64,000 bases of DNA from a virus, in IMG/VR virus record IMGVR_UViG_3300042882_000890, positions 32,001 to 96,000 of that record; one strand, written 5' to 3'. Every line of letters begins with the position of its first letter. The stretch's first letter is position 1. Positions 25,381-35,621 of the stretch are shown piece by piece. The notes beneath the pieces were generated by a model, which worked only from the letters and a program-made list of their open reading frames with translations, was not told where the DNA came from and ran no database searches. The position numbers and the translations under genes were made by a program.

Positions 25381-25908
25381 ATGCAAGTAAAAGTAAAAAG
25401 ATTATCAGAAGATGCAGTAATCCCTATGTATGGGAAACCGGGGGATGCCGGTATGGATTTAACAGCAACTTCAAGACACTTCGATTCAGACGGTAACGTG
25501 GTTTACGGAACAGATTTAGCCTTTGAAATACCGGAAGGTTTTGTAGGATTACTGTTTCCTAGGAGCTCCAATGCCAAGAAAGATTTAACATTAACTAATT
25601 CGGTAGGTGTTATCGACAGTGGCTATAGAGGAGAAGTGTCGTTTAAATTCAAACCAGCCGCTTTCTTTGCAGAAGATTCGTGGGAAAATCCTGGAGATAA
25701 AGATATTAAAAGTTATTGGTTTGATTACACTATGTTACCAAAAGGTCAAAATCAAGATAGTGATAACTACGGATGTGAGTTATACAAAATTGGAGATAGA
25801 ATAGGTCAAATTATAATTATGCCTTACCCCCAAGTAACCTTTGAAGAGGTTTCAGAACTTTCATCTACAGAGCGTGGAGAAGGTGGTTTTGGTAGTACTG
25901 GTAAATAA
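25381..25908 (+). CDS. dut: trimeric dUTPase
   Basis: AGMDL, PRSS, GVIDSGYRGE, GDRIGQ, RGEGGFGSTG. Confidence 0.95.
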   Translation: MQVKVKRLSEDAVIPMYGKPGDAGMDLTATSRHFDSDGNVVYGTDLAFEIPEGFVGLLFPRSSNAKKDLTLTNSVGVIDSGYRGEVSFKFKPAAFFAEDSWENPGDKDIKSYWFDYTMLPKGQNQDSDNYGCELYKIGDRIGQIIIMPYPQVTFEEVSELSSTERGEGGFGSTGK

Positions 25909-25910
25909 AT

Positions 25911-25941
25911 TTTGTTTATTGTAAAATAAGTTGTATCTTTG
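25911..25941 (+). promoter_or_regulatory. Bacteroidota sigma70-type promoter
   Basis: TTTG-N19-TATCTTTG. Confidence 0.75.
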
Positions 25942-26048
25942 CAGAATGAAAAAAAGAATTATGTTTTGGTTATGGGTACTCTGGTACTTTTTTATAATAG
26001 GTGTCGAGATATATTGTTCAATTTGGTTATTAAAAAAAGTTTTCTAAG

Positions 26049-26651
26049 ATGTACATAAATTTTGAATTAGCTAAAACAAAAGGGTTGACCCCCACAGATG
26101 TAGTTAACCTACAACTTATTTCTCAGAACAAGACAGAGAATTTAGAAGGGGTTATTTTTGATAATATCCCCCTTCGTATTCTTCACTCTTACCAAGAGCA
26201 AGAACTTGTTACGTTAATCAAAGCAAAGAACAAAAGCGAATCTATTCATAATAGAGTTAGGCTAACACCAAAGGGGCATGCTTTACTAGAAGACTTACAA
26301 GTACCTGAGGTAAATGAGGATGATTTACAACTGTACGGTTGGCTAGAATCAACTTACCAAAGAGAGGGCAAAGAGTTAGGTAACAGAAAGAAGACTAAGC
26401 TTTATATTGCTTTATTCAGAGGACACTCAGGTATTGATAGAAACAAGTTAGCCCTTCTTTGTAAAGCTTTTATGAATGACAGCAGTCAATTTGAGTGGTC
26501 AAAGAGATTAGAGTTTTTGTTCTTTAAGCCCGGAAATGTGTTCTCAGTTAGGTTTGATTTAGAGCAGTCCAAGTTGTACCAATACTACATAAAGCACAAA
26601 GAAGAATTTGATGATAAATTTAAAAAAATAGACGAAAAAGAAAATGATTAG
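26049..26651 (+). CDS. winged-helix-like protein preceding the helicase (possible initiator/loader)
   Basis: VRLTPKG wing motif; overlaps the helicase start. Confidence 0.5.
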   Translation: MYINFELAKTKGLTPTDVVNLQLISQNKTENLEGVIFDNIPLRILHSYQEQELVTLIKAKNKSESIHNRVRLTPKGHALLEDLQVPEVNEDDLQLYGWLESTYQREGKELGNRKKTKLYIALFRGHSGIDRNKLALLCKAFMNDSSQFEWSKRLEFLFFKPGNVFSVRFDLEQSKLYQYYIKHKEEFDDKFKKIDEKEND

Positions 26652-27801
26652 ACCCTTAGGAGAAGTAGTAGACAGGTCGTTTAGAGACTTAAACAAATAC
26701 CAAAAAGGTAAAAGTAAGCCAGTTAAGACTGGGAGAGAGTGGTTAGATGAAATCTTTGGGGGGCTATTGCCAGGAGACATTACCACTATTGCCGGACAAT
26801 CCGGGGGTGGTAAGTCCTTTGAGTTACAGCGTATCAAAAACTTTGTAATGCAGGTAGATAACAATGTAGATGCCAAAGATTTTATTTGGTTAGACTATGC
26901 TTGGGAGATGCGTTTTTTGTCTAATATTCTTCGTGACCTTAACAAGAGCTTGAAGAAGACTAAGAAAGAAATCTTAACAGAAGAGTTCTCAGATGAGGAA
27001 AAAGCGTTAGTTAAATCTTATGCAGAAAATTTATCTGACGGTAGATTTTTTATTAACGAGGAAACTATAACTCCCAGAGCCTTTGAAAAAGAGGCTAGGG
27101 CTTTCTTAGAGCAACACAAAGATAAAAAAGGTGTCTTTATATCAGTTGACCACATTGCGTTGGCTATGGACGAAACAGGAGAGAAAAAAGCCACTGTAGA
27201 TGCAATCATTGAGATTATCAACAGATTAAAGAAAGAGTTTCCTAATACATACTGGATTATCTTATCGCAGATGAACCGTAACATACTAGGTAGAATTAAA
27301 GATAAGGACATAAACGCTATGCCAAATAGGTCAGACATCTTTCAGTCAGATGCTATGTTCTTTATTTCCGATTACTTATATGTTTGTCACAATCCATATA
27401 GACTTGGTATCAAGCAGTTCTCTAGGGTTAATGAAGAAGCTTACGAATATTTAAGTAACCATTTCTGTGAGGAAAAGAACGGTAAGGTATCGTTTGACAC
27501 TTTAGGTAAGATGTTCTACCTTGTACTTAAATCTAGAGAGTCAGACGTAATGTTTAAAGATATCTTTATTGAGGATGTTGGTGTTAAAGATAAAGAAAAA
27601 TACCGGGATAAGCCAGAGTCGGTTACTCAATCAATTGATGTGCCCTTTTTCAAAAACAAAGTTGAGGATGTTATATTTGAGCCCCCTGCTCCTAAACTAT
27701 CTAATCCGCAAGAGGCTTTTGGTGCAGCTTTTGATAGTACCAAAGCTTTTTCTTTTAGTCAACCACCTGTTGATGACGATGACGACAATGCACCGTTTTA
27801 A
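26644..27801 (+). CDS. dnaB: DnaB-like replicative helicase
   Basis: Walker A GQSGGGKS, VDHI, LSQMNR, acidic tail. Confidence 0.85.
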   Translation: MIRPLGEVVDRSFRDLNKYQKGKSKPVKTGREWLDEIFGGLLPGDITTIAGQSGGGKSFELQRIKNFVMQVDNNVDAKDFIWLDYAWEMRFLSNILRDLNKSLKKTKKEILTEEFSDEEKALVKSYAENLSDGRFFINEETITPRAFEKEARAFLEQHKDKKGVFISVDHIALAMDETGEKKATVDAIIEIINRLKKEFPNTYWIILSQMNRNILGRIKDKDINAMPNRSDIFQSDAMFFISDYLYVCHNPYRLGIKQFSRVNEEAYEYLSNHFCEEKNGKVSFDTLGKMFYLVLKSRESDVMFKDIFIEDVGVKDKEKYRDKPESVTQSIDVPFFKNKVEDVIFEPPAPKLSNPQEAFGAAFDSTKAFSFSQPPVDDDDDNAPF

Positions 27802-27805
27802 TACT

Positions 27806-27837
27806 AGCCCCCTCTATTAACTTAGTGGGGGTTTTTT
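27806..27837 (+). terminator. intrinsic terminator
   Basis: GCCCCC...GGGGGT hairpin followed by a T run. Confidence 0.7.
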
Positions 27838-27911
27838 GTTCATTATAATTCAGTGTTCACGTAGAATGAACAGAGCAAAAAAATGAACATTAAAAAATAT
27901 TTACAAAAAAG

Positions 27912-27943
27912 CTTGTGTAATTAAAAAACTTATCGTAATTTTG
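27912..27943 (+). promoter_or_regulatory. Bacteroidota sigma70-type promoter
   Basis: CTTG-N20-TAATTTTG. Confidence 0.75.
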
Positions 27944-27967
27944 CAAAGTGAAATTAAAACATTAATT

Positions 27968-28156
27968 ATGAGCAATAAAATTAAATCCGTATTCAATGCT
28001 TTCAAAAAAGATTTTATTAATGACTATCCCGATAACGAGGGTTGTGATAAATTCCTAGTAAGACCAGAGAATGTTTACTCAAAGAAAACATTAACCCTAA
28101 ACAGAGATTTAGGTATTCATAAACTAAATAAAAAACAAAATGACAAAGTACGATAA
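27968..28156 (+). CDS. hypothetical protein
   Basis: start at ATG 27968. Confidence 0.55.
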   Translation: MSNKIKSVFNAFKKDFINDYPDNEGCDKFLVRPENVYSKKTLTLNRDLGIHKLNKKQNDKVR

Positions 28157-28394
28157 CCTAATGAAGCATTTTTTAGACAAAGGTTTTTCTGTTAAAGAGG
28201 ATGTCTATATAGAGACTGTAGGGTATGATAAACCTACAGAAGAGTATGGCTTTACTGTACAAATAAAAAAATCTAAAAAGAAAGTTGTAGAGCTTTTTTA
28301 TAGCTTCAAAGACAACAAGGACGTTATTGATTACGTCCAAATGTGGGAAACAAAATTCAAGTTAGTAGAAAAAGAACAAAAACAAATTTTTTAA
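28140..28394 (+). CDS. hypothetical protein
   Basis: coupled ORF. Confidence 0.65.
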   Translation: MTKYDNLMKHFLDKGFSVKEDVYIETVGYDKPTEEYGFTVQIKKSKKKVVELFYSFKDNKDVIDYVQMWETKFKLVEKEQKQIF

Positions 28395-28395
28395 T

Positions 28396-29082
28396 ATGGT
28401 AATAGGTATTAGTGGGCGATTAGGCTCAGGAAAAGACACAGTAGGAGAAATTATCCAGTATTTAACTTTGCCAGGAGAACGTGGTGAATACATAGGATTT
28501 CAAACTTATGATAATACTACTCTTGAAAGAAACTCTACTTTTAAGATTAAGAAATTCGCAGGGAAGTTAAAAACTATTGCATCATTGCTTACAGGTATCC
28601 CTGTAGAAAGATTTGAAGACCAAGAGTTTAAGAAGCAGTATATGGAACTTGAATGGGAGATGACTTACAGAGAGTTTCTTCAGAAGCTTGGTACAGAAGC
28701 AATGCGTGAAGGGTTACATAAAAATGTATGGGTGAATGCTTTGTTTGCTGATTATAAATGTGAACATGAAATTATATTTGACTCGCAAAGAACTAACAAT
28801 CCTTTACAACCTAAGGAAGTTACTAATGAATTACTTCAGTATCCTAACTGGATTCTGACAGACATGAGATTTCCTAATGAGATGGAAGCTGTTGAATTAA
28901 GAGAAGGTATTACTATTAGAGTAAATAGAAATAATGGTACAAGAGCAATTGATGTAAATCCTCATCCAAGCGAAACAGCTCTTGATGATGCTAAGTTTGA
29001 TTATGTAATTGATAACGATGGAACTTTGGATGAGTTAGTTGAAAAAGTTCGTGTAATATTAACCAAAGAAAAAATAATATAA
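28396..29082 (+). CDS. deoxynucleoside monophosphate kinase
   Basis: GRLGSGKDT, FA..LK, REFLQKLGTE, DMRFPNE, HPSE, IDNDG. Confidence 0.9.
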   Translation: MVIGISGRLGSGKDTVGEIIQYLTLPGERGEYIGFQTYDNTTLERNSTFKIKKFAGKLKTIASLLTGIPVERFEDQEFKKQYMELEWEMTYREFLQKLGTEAMREGLHKNVWVNALFADYKCEHEIIFDSQRTNNPLQPKEVTNELLQYPNWILTDMRFPNEMEAVELREGITIRVNRNNGTRAIDVNPHPSETALDDAKFDYVIDNDGTLDELVEKVRVILTKEKII

Positions 29083-29366
29083 TGGAGTATGTAGGAATTA
29101 ATGAAGAGTTCGATACTTGGAGAGACTCTTGGCAGGATAGTAAGTTTATAATTGAACTTAACCAGAGACAACGAGAAAAAGATTTCCGTGAAGGTTATAG
29201 GAGAGGTTTTGAGATGGCTATAAAAGTAGCAGAAAAAGTAACAAGACTAGAAGTAATACAACATTCTGCTCCATACAACGGAAGAGCTTACACAAACTAT
29301 GCCGCCAAAGAGGTGGAAGTTCAATATCAAGATGGTGGCAGAACACTCAAAGTATTTTGTAAATAA
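29082..29366 (+). CDS. hypothetical protein
   Basis: coupled ORF; QDGGRTLKVF. Confidence 0.7.
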   Translation: MEYVGINEEFDTWRDSWQDSKFIIELNQRQREKDFREGYRRGFEMAIKVAEKVTRLEVIQHSAPYNGRAYTNYAAKEVEVQYQDGGRTLKVFCK

Positions 29367-31312
29367 TGGATTTAGATGATAAAATATACATAATAGATTT
29401 TGAGTCAGACGGACTCGTTGACCAAGCCACAAAGATATGGACTATGGGAGTCGGGTGGAAAGACAAAAAGGGGGAATGGAAAGTTAAGTCTACTACGAAT
29501 TATGATGATATGCGAAAAGTTCTTGGTAATCCGGAGAACACTGTAGTATGTCATAATATAATAAGGTTTGATGTACCTCTGTATGAGAAGATTATAGGAG
29601 AAAAAGTACAGGCAAACATTGTGGACTCCTTAGGGTTGTCTTGGTACTTGTACCCGGAAAGGGGACAAGGAGAGCATGGATTAGCTGTTTGGGGCGAGTT
29701 TTTTGGTGTGCCAAAACCTAAGATTGATGATTGGGAAAACCTTACTATAGAAGAGTACTGTCATCGTGTGGAAGAGGATATAAAAATCAACATTAAACTT
29801 TGGGTAAAACAATACGAATATCTCAAGGAAATCTACGAAGAGCCTAAAGACATAGCCAGAATTATCCACTACCTGAACTTTAAACTAACTTGTTTGAAAA
29901 TACAAGAGGACGAAAAGATTTTGATTGATATAAAGCAATGCCAAAAAAACTTAGATTTCTTACAAGGTATCGAAGGAGAGAAAAAAGGTTTATTAGAGGC
30001 TGCTATGCCAAAACTACCAATAATAAAAAATATGACTAAGCCAAAAGTGATGTTCAAGAAAAACGGTTCTCTGAGTATTGCCGGTACTAAGTGGTTTGAG
30101 ATATTAGAAGCAAATAATATACCGAGAGATTACGAAGGAGAATTAAACATTACAACGGGTTTTGAGGAGCCAAATGCAGGTAGTCCAACTCAAGTTAAAG
30201 ATTGGTTAATGAAACTTGGATGGAAACCTTTACTGTTTGAAGACGGTAGAAACGGTAAAGTCCCCCAAGTACGTGATAAAGATAAGATGCTTTGTAAAAG
30301 TGTTTTGGCTCTGAAAGAAGTTGAGCCGGCAATCGAACACTTAGAAGGGTTGTCTGTAGTGACACACAGAGCTGGGTATTTGAAAGGTTTCTTAGAAAAA
30401 GTAGATGAGAATGGTTACGCTGTAGCATTTGCCCACGGGTTCACAAAAACTCTAAGGTTGAAACATGCCAAGCCATTTGTTAACTTACCTAAACCTACAT
30501 CACCTTATGGGGATTTAGTTCGTGGTGTTATGATTGCACCGGAAGGGAGTGTGCTAGTTGGTTCCGATGTTAGTAGTTTGGAAGATAAAATGAAACAGAT
30601 TTCTATCTACCCCTATGACCCGGAGTATGTTGAAGATATGAATAGACCGGGATGGGATGCTCACCTTGATATTGGTATCCGAAGTGGTATGATTTCTCAA
30701 GATGAATCAGACTTTTTTAGATGGTATAAAAAGAAAGATAAAAAGATAGAGGATTTACCGGAGTCTTTCAAAGATTTTTCTGATGAGCGATTGTCTGAAG
30801 AGTTTGAAAAAGTAACTAAAAAAAGAGCTGTTGCTAAGACTGTTAACTATGCTTGTACATACGGTGCCGGTGTTGCTAAGATTGCAGAGTCTTCTAGTTT
30901 ACCTCAGAAAGATGCCAAAAAGTTACATGTTGGTTACTGGGATAGAAATTGGTCTGTTAAAAAATATGCTGAAGACCAAAGAGTAAAAAATGTTAATGGT
31001 AAGTCTTGGATTTGGAATCCTATTACTAATTTTTATTACTTCTTGGCTTCAGAAAAAGACCGCTTTTCTGCTTGTAATCAGTCTGCCGGTGTTCGAGTGT
31101 TTGATGGGTATGTGTATGAGATGATTAAACGTGGTGTAAAACCTATTTTTCAAGCCCATGACGAGGTTTTATTAAGAGTTAAGAATGAAGATGTGGATTC
31201 TACTACAAGTGCCCTTAAAGAGGCTATAAATAGAGTGAATGCACAATACAAGTTTCCAGTAGAGATTGAGATAGATATTCAAACAGGTATGAATTATGCA
31301 GAAGTACATTAA
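29366..31312 (+). CDS. polA: family A DNA polymerase (T7-like, Tyr at the 762-equivalent position)
   Basis: exo IDFESD/HNIIRFD; motif A DVSSLE; motif B R..AKTVNYACTYG; motif C AHDE. Confidence 0.93.
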   Translation: MDLDDKIYIIDFESDGLVDQATKIWTMGVGWKDKKGEWKVKSTTNYDDMRKVLGNPENTVVCHNIIRFDVPLYEKIIGEKVQANIVDSLGLSWYLYPERGQGEHGLAVWGEFFGVPKPKIDDWENLTIEEYCHRVEEDIKINIKLWVKQYEYLKEIYEEPKDIARIIHYLNFKLTCLKIQEDEKILIDIKQCQKNLDFLQGIEGEKKGLLEAAMPKLPIIKNMTKPKVMFKKNGSLSIAGTKWFEILEANNIPRDYEGELNITTGFEEPNAGSPTQVKDWLMKLGWKPLLFEDGRNGKVPQVRDKDKMLCKSVLALKEVEPAIEHLEGLSVVTHRAGYLKGFLEKVDENGYAVAFAHGFTKTLRLKHAKPFVNLPKPTSPYGDLVRGVMIAPEGSVLVGSDVSSLEDKMKQISIYPYDPEYVEDMNRPGWDAHLDIGIRSGMISQDESDFFRWYKKKDKKIEDLPESFKDFSDERLSEEFEKVTKKRAVAKTVNYACTYGAGVAKIAESSSLPQKDAKKLHVGYWDRNWSVKKYAEDQRVKNVNGKSWIWNPITNFYYFLASEKDRFSACNQSAGVRVFDGYVYEMIKRGVKPIFQAHDEVLLRVKNEDVDSTTSALKEAINRVNAQYKFPVEIEIDIQTGMNYAEVH

Positions 31313-31817
31313 TAAATTAGCGGTTTTGTTTTTTGTAGCTCTATTTTTAGTAGGGTTTTCCAAAGTTTCCAAATCAGGATTAAAAAAGGGAGATACCATT
31401 GATTGCATAGAGGTTTACAAAGATAACAGAGAGATGAGAGTTTACTCAAAGGGTAAGCTTTTGAAGACTTATGATATAGCTTTAGGTTTTAGACCTAGAG
31501 GTAAGAAGCACTTCCAGGGGGACGGAAAGACCCCCGAAGGTGTGTATTACATAAACGATAAGAACCCGAATAGCATAGCTCATAAAAACTTAGGTGTATC
31601 TTACCCAAATTCTGAGGATATAAGGTATGCTAGAGAAAGTGGAATGTCGCCTGGTGGAGAGATAAAAATCCATGGTCTTATGAAAAAATGGAAGTTCTAT
31701 GGTAGCTTTCATAAGTATGTAGATTGGACTGGCGGTTGTATAGCTGTAACAAATTCCGAGATGGATGAGTTATATAAGCATGTTAAAATAGGTGCTAAAA
31801 TAAAAATTTTTGAATAA
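31296..31817 (+). CDS. YkuD-family L,D-transpeptidase-like protein with signal/anchor sequence
   Basis: GDGKTPEGVY, IKIHG, WTGGCIAV (catalytic His/Cys). Confidence 0.88.
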   Translation: MQKYINKLAVLFFVALFLVGFSKVSKSGLKKGDTIDCIEVYKDNREMRVYSKGKLLKTYDIALGFRPRGKKHFQGDGKTPEGVYYINDKNPNSIAHKNLGVSYPNSEDIRYARESGMSPGGEIKIHGLMKKWKFYGSFHKYVDWTGGCIAVTNSEMDELYKHVKIGAKIKIFE

Positions 31818-31820
31818 AAG

Positions 31821-31852
31821 CTTGCAGGATTAAAAAACAGTTCGTATCTTTG
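31821..31852 (+). promoter_or_regulatory. Bacteroidota sigma70-type promoter
   Basis: CTTG-N20-TATCTTTG. Confidence 0.8.
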
Positions 31853-32021
31853 CAAAATAAAATTAGAAAATATGGTATTAATATCTTTATTAGCTCTAGC
31901 GATGGTTGTTGAGGGCATCTGGTCTCCGAGATTTGATTATATCTCTAAAGAGAATATGTTATTGTTACACTACAATAAAAAGTGGTCAAGAAATTATTTA
32001 GTAATCTTTAAATTTTAAAAA

Positions 32022-32255
32022 ATGGAAATGGAAATAGAATACTTAGGTGTGCCCCTTTCAATAGAGGGTAATTATTATCCTTCTGAAGCTCAAGTTACGT
32101 ATTATTCAGACATGTCAGGCTACCCCGGAAGTCCGGCAGAATTTGAAATTATAAAAATAACTGTGACAGACAGTGATGTGGATATTTGGGAACTTTTTTC
32201 ACAAAGACAAATTGATGAAATTACTGAGCTAGTAATCCAAAAAACAGAGGAGTAG
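32022..32255 (+). CDS. hypothetical acidic protein
   Basis: ORF. Confidence 0.7.
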   Translation: MEMEIEYLGVPLSIEGNYYPSEAQVTYYSDMSGYPGSPAEFEIIKITVTDSDVDIWELFSQRQIDEITELVIQKTEE

Positions 32256-32527
32256 TGCAAGCAACAAAAAAAGAAGAGGGTATAATTTTGGATATCTATC
32301 GAGAGCTTTACAAAGAGTCTACTCCAATCGGAGATTTTGACAAGTTGATAAGCTCAGAGAAAAAGGATGTCTTTTTTATGGATTATGAAATACCTGAAGA
32401 GACTTTTTTTAAAATACTAGAAAGTCACCTAAAAGGAAAAAGAATAACTAAGTTAAAAAAACAAGCGATTCGTAATACTATACTATTAGGTTGCAGCCCT
32501 AAATTTACAAACCCTATAAAAGATTAA
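32255..32527 (+). CDS. hypothetical protein
   Basis: coupled ORF with GTG start. Confidence 0.65.
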   Translation: MQATKKEEGIILDIYRELYKESTPIGDFDKLISSEKKDVFFMDYEIPEETFFKILESHLKGKRITKLKKQAIRNTILLGCSPKFTNPIKD

Positions 32528-32714
32528 ATTAAATGTGTATTAACATGATAAATATAGAATTTGTAATAGGTTGCTTTTTAGTACTCCTGATAATAGTTGG
32601 GTTAATAGTGTTTGGTGTCTGGTTTGTGAAAAAGATAAGTTCAAGACCAGAAGAAGATTTTAAAGATTGGGATATAACTTTAATGGACGGTTTAAAAGAT
32701 AAATAAATAAAAAT

Positions 32715-32975
32715 ATGCACTACAGATTAATTAGAGAAGAAGATGGACTTATGAAAGAGTCCAAAGACATCAAATGGATTGAGTTTGATGAGCAAGGTAA
32801 ATTTAAGAAAGCTTACAAAACCCCTAAGAAGGGTAGAAGCTTATTGATGAGTCCTTTTAATATGTTTTTTACTTGGCAAACAACAGAGGTTGTAAAAGTA
32901 GTAGAAAAAACAGAAACTATGGTTCATTTCAAAACCAAAAATTCAGAATATAAACTTTATAAGGTAGAAAACTAA
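32715..32975 (+). CDS. hypothetical protein
   Basis: FTWQTT...FKTKNSEYKL. Confidence 0.7.
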   Translation: MHYRLIREEDGLMKESKDIKWIEFDEQGKFKKAYKTPKKGRSLLMSPFNMFFTWQTTEVVKVVEKTETMVHFKTKNSEYKLYKVEN

Positions 32976-33144
32976 TGGGAAATTTAATTGTATTACAGCA
33001 TATTTTTAATGCGTTTTGTATAGTATTTTGTTTATGGATGTGCTTTAGGTGGACAACAAAAACATTCCCGGACTCAATGATAAAAGTATTTTTATTTTTA
33101 GTGTCCCTTATAGGAGTATTAGTAGAACTAAAAAATATAAGCTA

Positions 33145-33711
33145 ATGGAAGGCATTTTAAGATTTCAACAAGCAACAGATAGCTGGGTTATAGAGCACGA
33201 AGAGCACTTCAGAACTGTAAAAGACGAAAATGGTAATGCTTATGGTGCCGATACTATTGTAAAAACAATTCAAGTAGAGCCACATTCATGCCCAGGAAAT
33301 TACCCTACAGATATAATAACTCACGATGGTATGAAAGTAGTTTTTGAAGTAGTTACTTTAGTTTTTGAAAAAGATGAGTTCAATATCCAAGAGGGGGATT
33401 TTGCTAAGATTAATTGGGAAACTCCTAAAAACGATGTTTCAGTAGAAGAAGACGATGATTCTTATTCTCCTTATTGCCCGGTGTGTACCGGTTGTGGAGA
33501 AGCAGGTTGTTGTAGTCCTTTACATTGTGAGCCGGATAACCCGGAGTGCCAATACCCTAAAACTTATATCGAAGACCTTAAACTAGGATACCGTACTTTT
33601 GAGAAATGGTATAATTTACTAGATGAAAACGAATGGTTCGGTAAAAAGGATGAGTTTATGAAGATTTACCACGAAATGTTAGAAATTAGATTTAGACAAG
33701 ATGAAGAATAA
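33145..33711 (+). CDS. Cys-rich hypothetical protein
   Basis: CPVCTGCGEAGCC..HC; start at ATG 33145. Confidence 0.7.
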   Translation: MEGILRFQQATDSWVIEHEEHFRTVKDENGNAYGADTIVKTIQVEPHSCPGNYPTDIITHDGMKVVFEVVTLVFEKDEFNIQEGDFAKINWETPKNDVSVEEDDDSYSPYCPVCTGCGEAGCCSPLHCEPDNPECQYPKTYIEDLKLGYRTFEKWYNLLDENEWFGKKDEFMKIYHEMLEIRFRQDEE

Positions 33712-34168
33712 GTTTATAAAATTATTTGAGTACTTTTTTGGAAAAAGGAAAGTAGTACATACACCCTCGGACATACTACATAGCCAAGTTACTTGCTTAG
33801 AGTGTGGTGAGGTATTGGTTAGTAAAAGTAGACACGATTACAAAACTTGCTCTTGTCCTAATGAAACTATGATTGACGGGGGTAACGAATACGTTAGATT
33901 TGGGGGTAAGGACTTGTCAAAAATCGATGTTTTTACAGTTTTTGATACTGACGATTTTAAGTTTGTTCGTAGGTATGCTTCTCGTGGAGGTCGTGGTGTT
34001 AACGGGGATGAGCCACTAACTTGGACTAAATTGTGTGATATGAATGACAGTTGGTTAGAAGCTGTCTTGAGATACTACCCTGAGGGCACCGATAACTCAC
34101 ACTTGAGACTTATTCGTAAAGAAATTGAATACCGTAAACAACACAGAATACATGGAAAAAACGTATAG
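33701..34168 (+). CDS. zinc-binding conserved phage protein
   Basis: CLECG..L.S..RHDYKTCSC....IDGG. Confidence 0.75.
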   Translation: MKNKFIKLFEYFFGKRKVVHTPSDILHSQVTCLECGEVLVSKSRHDYKTCSCPNETMIDGGNEYVRFGGKDLSKIDVFTVFDTDDFKFVRRYASRGGRGVNGDEPLTWTKLCDMNDSWLEAVLRYYPEGTDNSHLRLIRKEIEYRKQHRIHGKNV

Positions 34169-34604
34169 AAAAGTAGGTAAGAGGTATGTTGAGATTGAAC
34201 AATCTTTACCTTTGAATCAAGAAATTGTATTGAGTTGTGCCTTTAGATATGCTTTAGGTAGAGCTACATACGTAGTTGGCTCTATTTGTGAAGAGCTTAT
34301 CAGGTTACTTGATGTTCTACCAGAGAATTTTAAATACCGGACAGCTAAAGAAATACAAGAGTACCAAGACGAACATGGTAAAGCTGGTTGGGATTGTGAT
34401 AACGATGAATGGAACTACATAAAGTGGTTATTTACTCCAGAAAGAAGAGTTATACTAGAAGCAAATTATTATCAAACTGATAAGTGGAAAGAAGTAGAAG
34501 CAGTGCGAAGCGATGAGTTAGACGAAAATGGTGAAGTAAAGTATTTATCATTAACAGACAAAGACAGTTATTATTTTAAAGTAAGAAACGTAAGAAACAA
34601 GTAA
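34152..34604 (+). CDS. hypothetical protein
   Basis: AFRYALGR.TY; start at ATG 34152. Confidence 0.7.
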   Translation: MEKTYRKVGKRYVEIEQSLPLNQEIVLSCAFRYALGRATYVVGSICEELIRLLDVLPENFKYRTAKEIQEYQDEHGKAGWDCDNDEWNYIKWLFTPERRVILEANYYQTDKWKEVEAVRSDELDENGEVKYLSLTDKDSYYFKVRNVRNK

Positions 34605-35500
34605 TGAATGAAATATCCTTTTTTTACTACCCGGCAGACATCCGGATACCTACTCCAATTGGAAGAGTTACTTTTCAACAATTCTTGAAAGCTAACAAAA
34701 GTCCTAAGGGAGAGATTGTATCTCTTTTTGAACAAATAGAAGAAGCTACAAAAAAAGGGGATTTAGAGTTAAAAAGTAAACTTAAAGAAAAGCTGTATTA
34801 CTTTACACCTTGTGTAGAAACAGATGGGATTGGTCGTTGTTACTCTAACATAAGGAGTTTTAATGGTTTAGCAGTCCTTGACTTTGATAAGTTGCCAGAT
34901 GCACCGGCTTTTAAGCAATTCTTGTTCGATAACTTGAAGTGTGTTGTGGCGGCTTATCTTTCACCCTCAAAAAAAGGTTGTAAGTTCATAGTTAGAATAC
35001 CTAAATGCCAAACCATAGATGAGTTCAAAAGCTATTTTTATGGTTTGGGTTTTTATATGGAGAAATATGAAGGTTTTGACCCCTCTACACAGAATTGTAT
35101 CCTACCATTGTACTTATCTATTGACCCGGACTTATTATACCGAGAAGATGCAGAAGTGTGGGATATTAAAGGAGAGAAGCTAGATGAGTTCAAAGTGTTT
35201 GATGGGGTAATCGAGGTTCTAGATAACATTACAGAGGATGATAAAGACAGAGTCAAAAGTATTATTAAAAGGTCAATGGAAAAGATAGTAGATTCTGGTC
35301 ATTATATTGTCAGGTCAACTTCTTTATCTGGTGGTGGGTATGTTGCTAGTGGGTATTGCACCCAAGAAGAAATGGAAGATTTGATTTACGAGCTTATAGA
35401 AAATAATGATTACTGTAAAAAGAATATTAGGGGCTATAAACAAACAGCCAAGGAAATGATTATTAGGGGTATGAAAAGCCCTTTATATTTAAGAGATTAA
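34604..35500 (+). CDS. VirE-N/BT4734-like archaeo-eukaryotic primase
   Basis: K..L.YFTP, LDFD, SPS.KG.K, FDPST. Confidence 0.7.
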   Translation: MNEISFFYYPADIRIPTPIGRVTFQQFLKANKSPKGEIVSLFEQIEEATKKGDLELKSKLKEKLYYFTPCVETDGIGRCYSNIRSFNGLAVLDFDKLPDAPAFKQFLFDNLKCVVAAYLSPSKKGCKFIVRIPKCQTIDEFKSYFYGLGFYMEKYEGFDPSTQNCILPLYLSIDPDLLYREDAEVWDIKGEKLDEFKVFDGVIEVLDNITEDDKDRVKSIIKRSMEKIVDSGHYIVRSTSLSGGGYVASGYCTQEEMEDLIYELIENNDYCKKNIRGYKQTAKEMIIRGMKSPLYLRD

Positions 35501-35563
35501 ATTATGACCAAAAAAGACTTTTATAGGAAAGATTTTTTAACATACAAACAAAAATTTAATAAA

Positions 35564-35595
35564 TTTGGAGAAACCAAAAAAGATTCGTAATTTTG
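35564..35595 (+). promoter_or_regulatory. Bacteroidota sigma70-type promoter
   Basis: TTTG-N20-TAATTTTG. Confidence 0.75.
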
Positions 35596-35621
35596 TAAGA
35601 GTATTAACCAATTAAAAAAAT

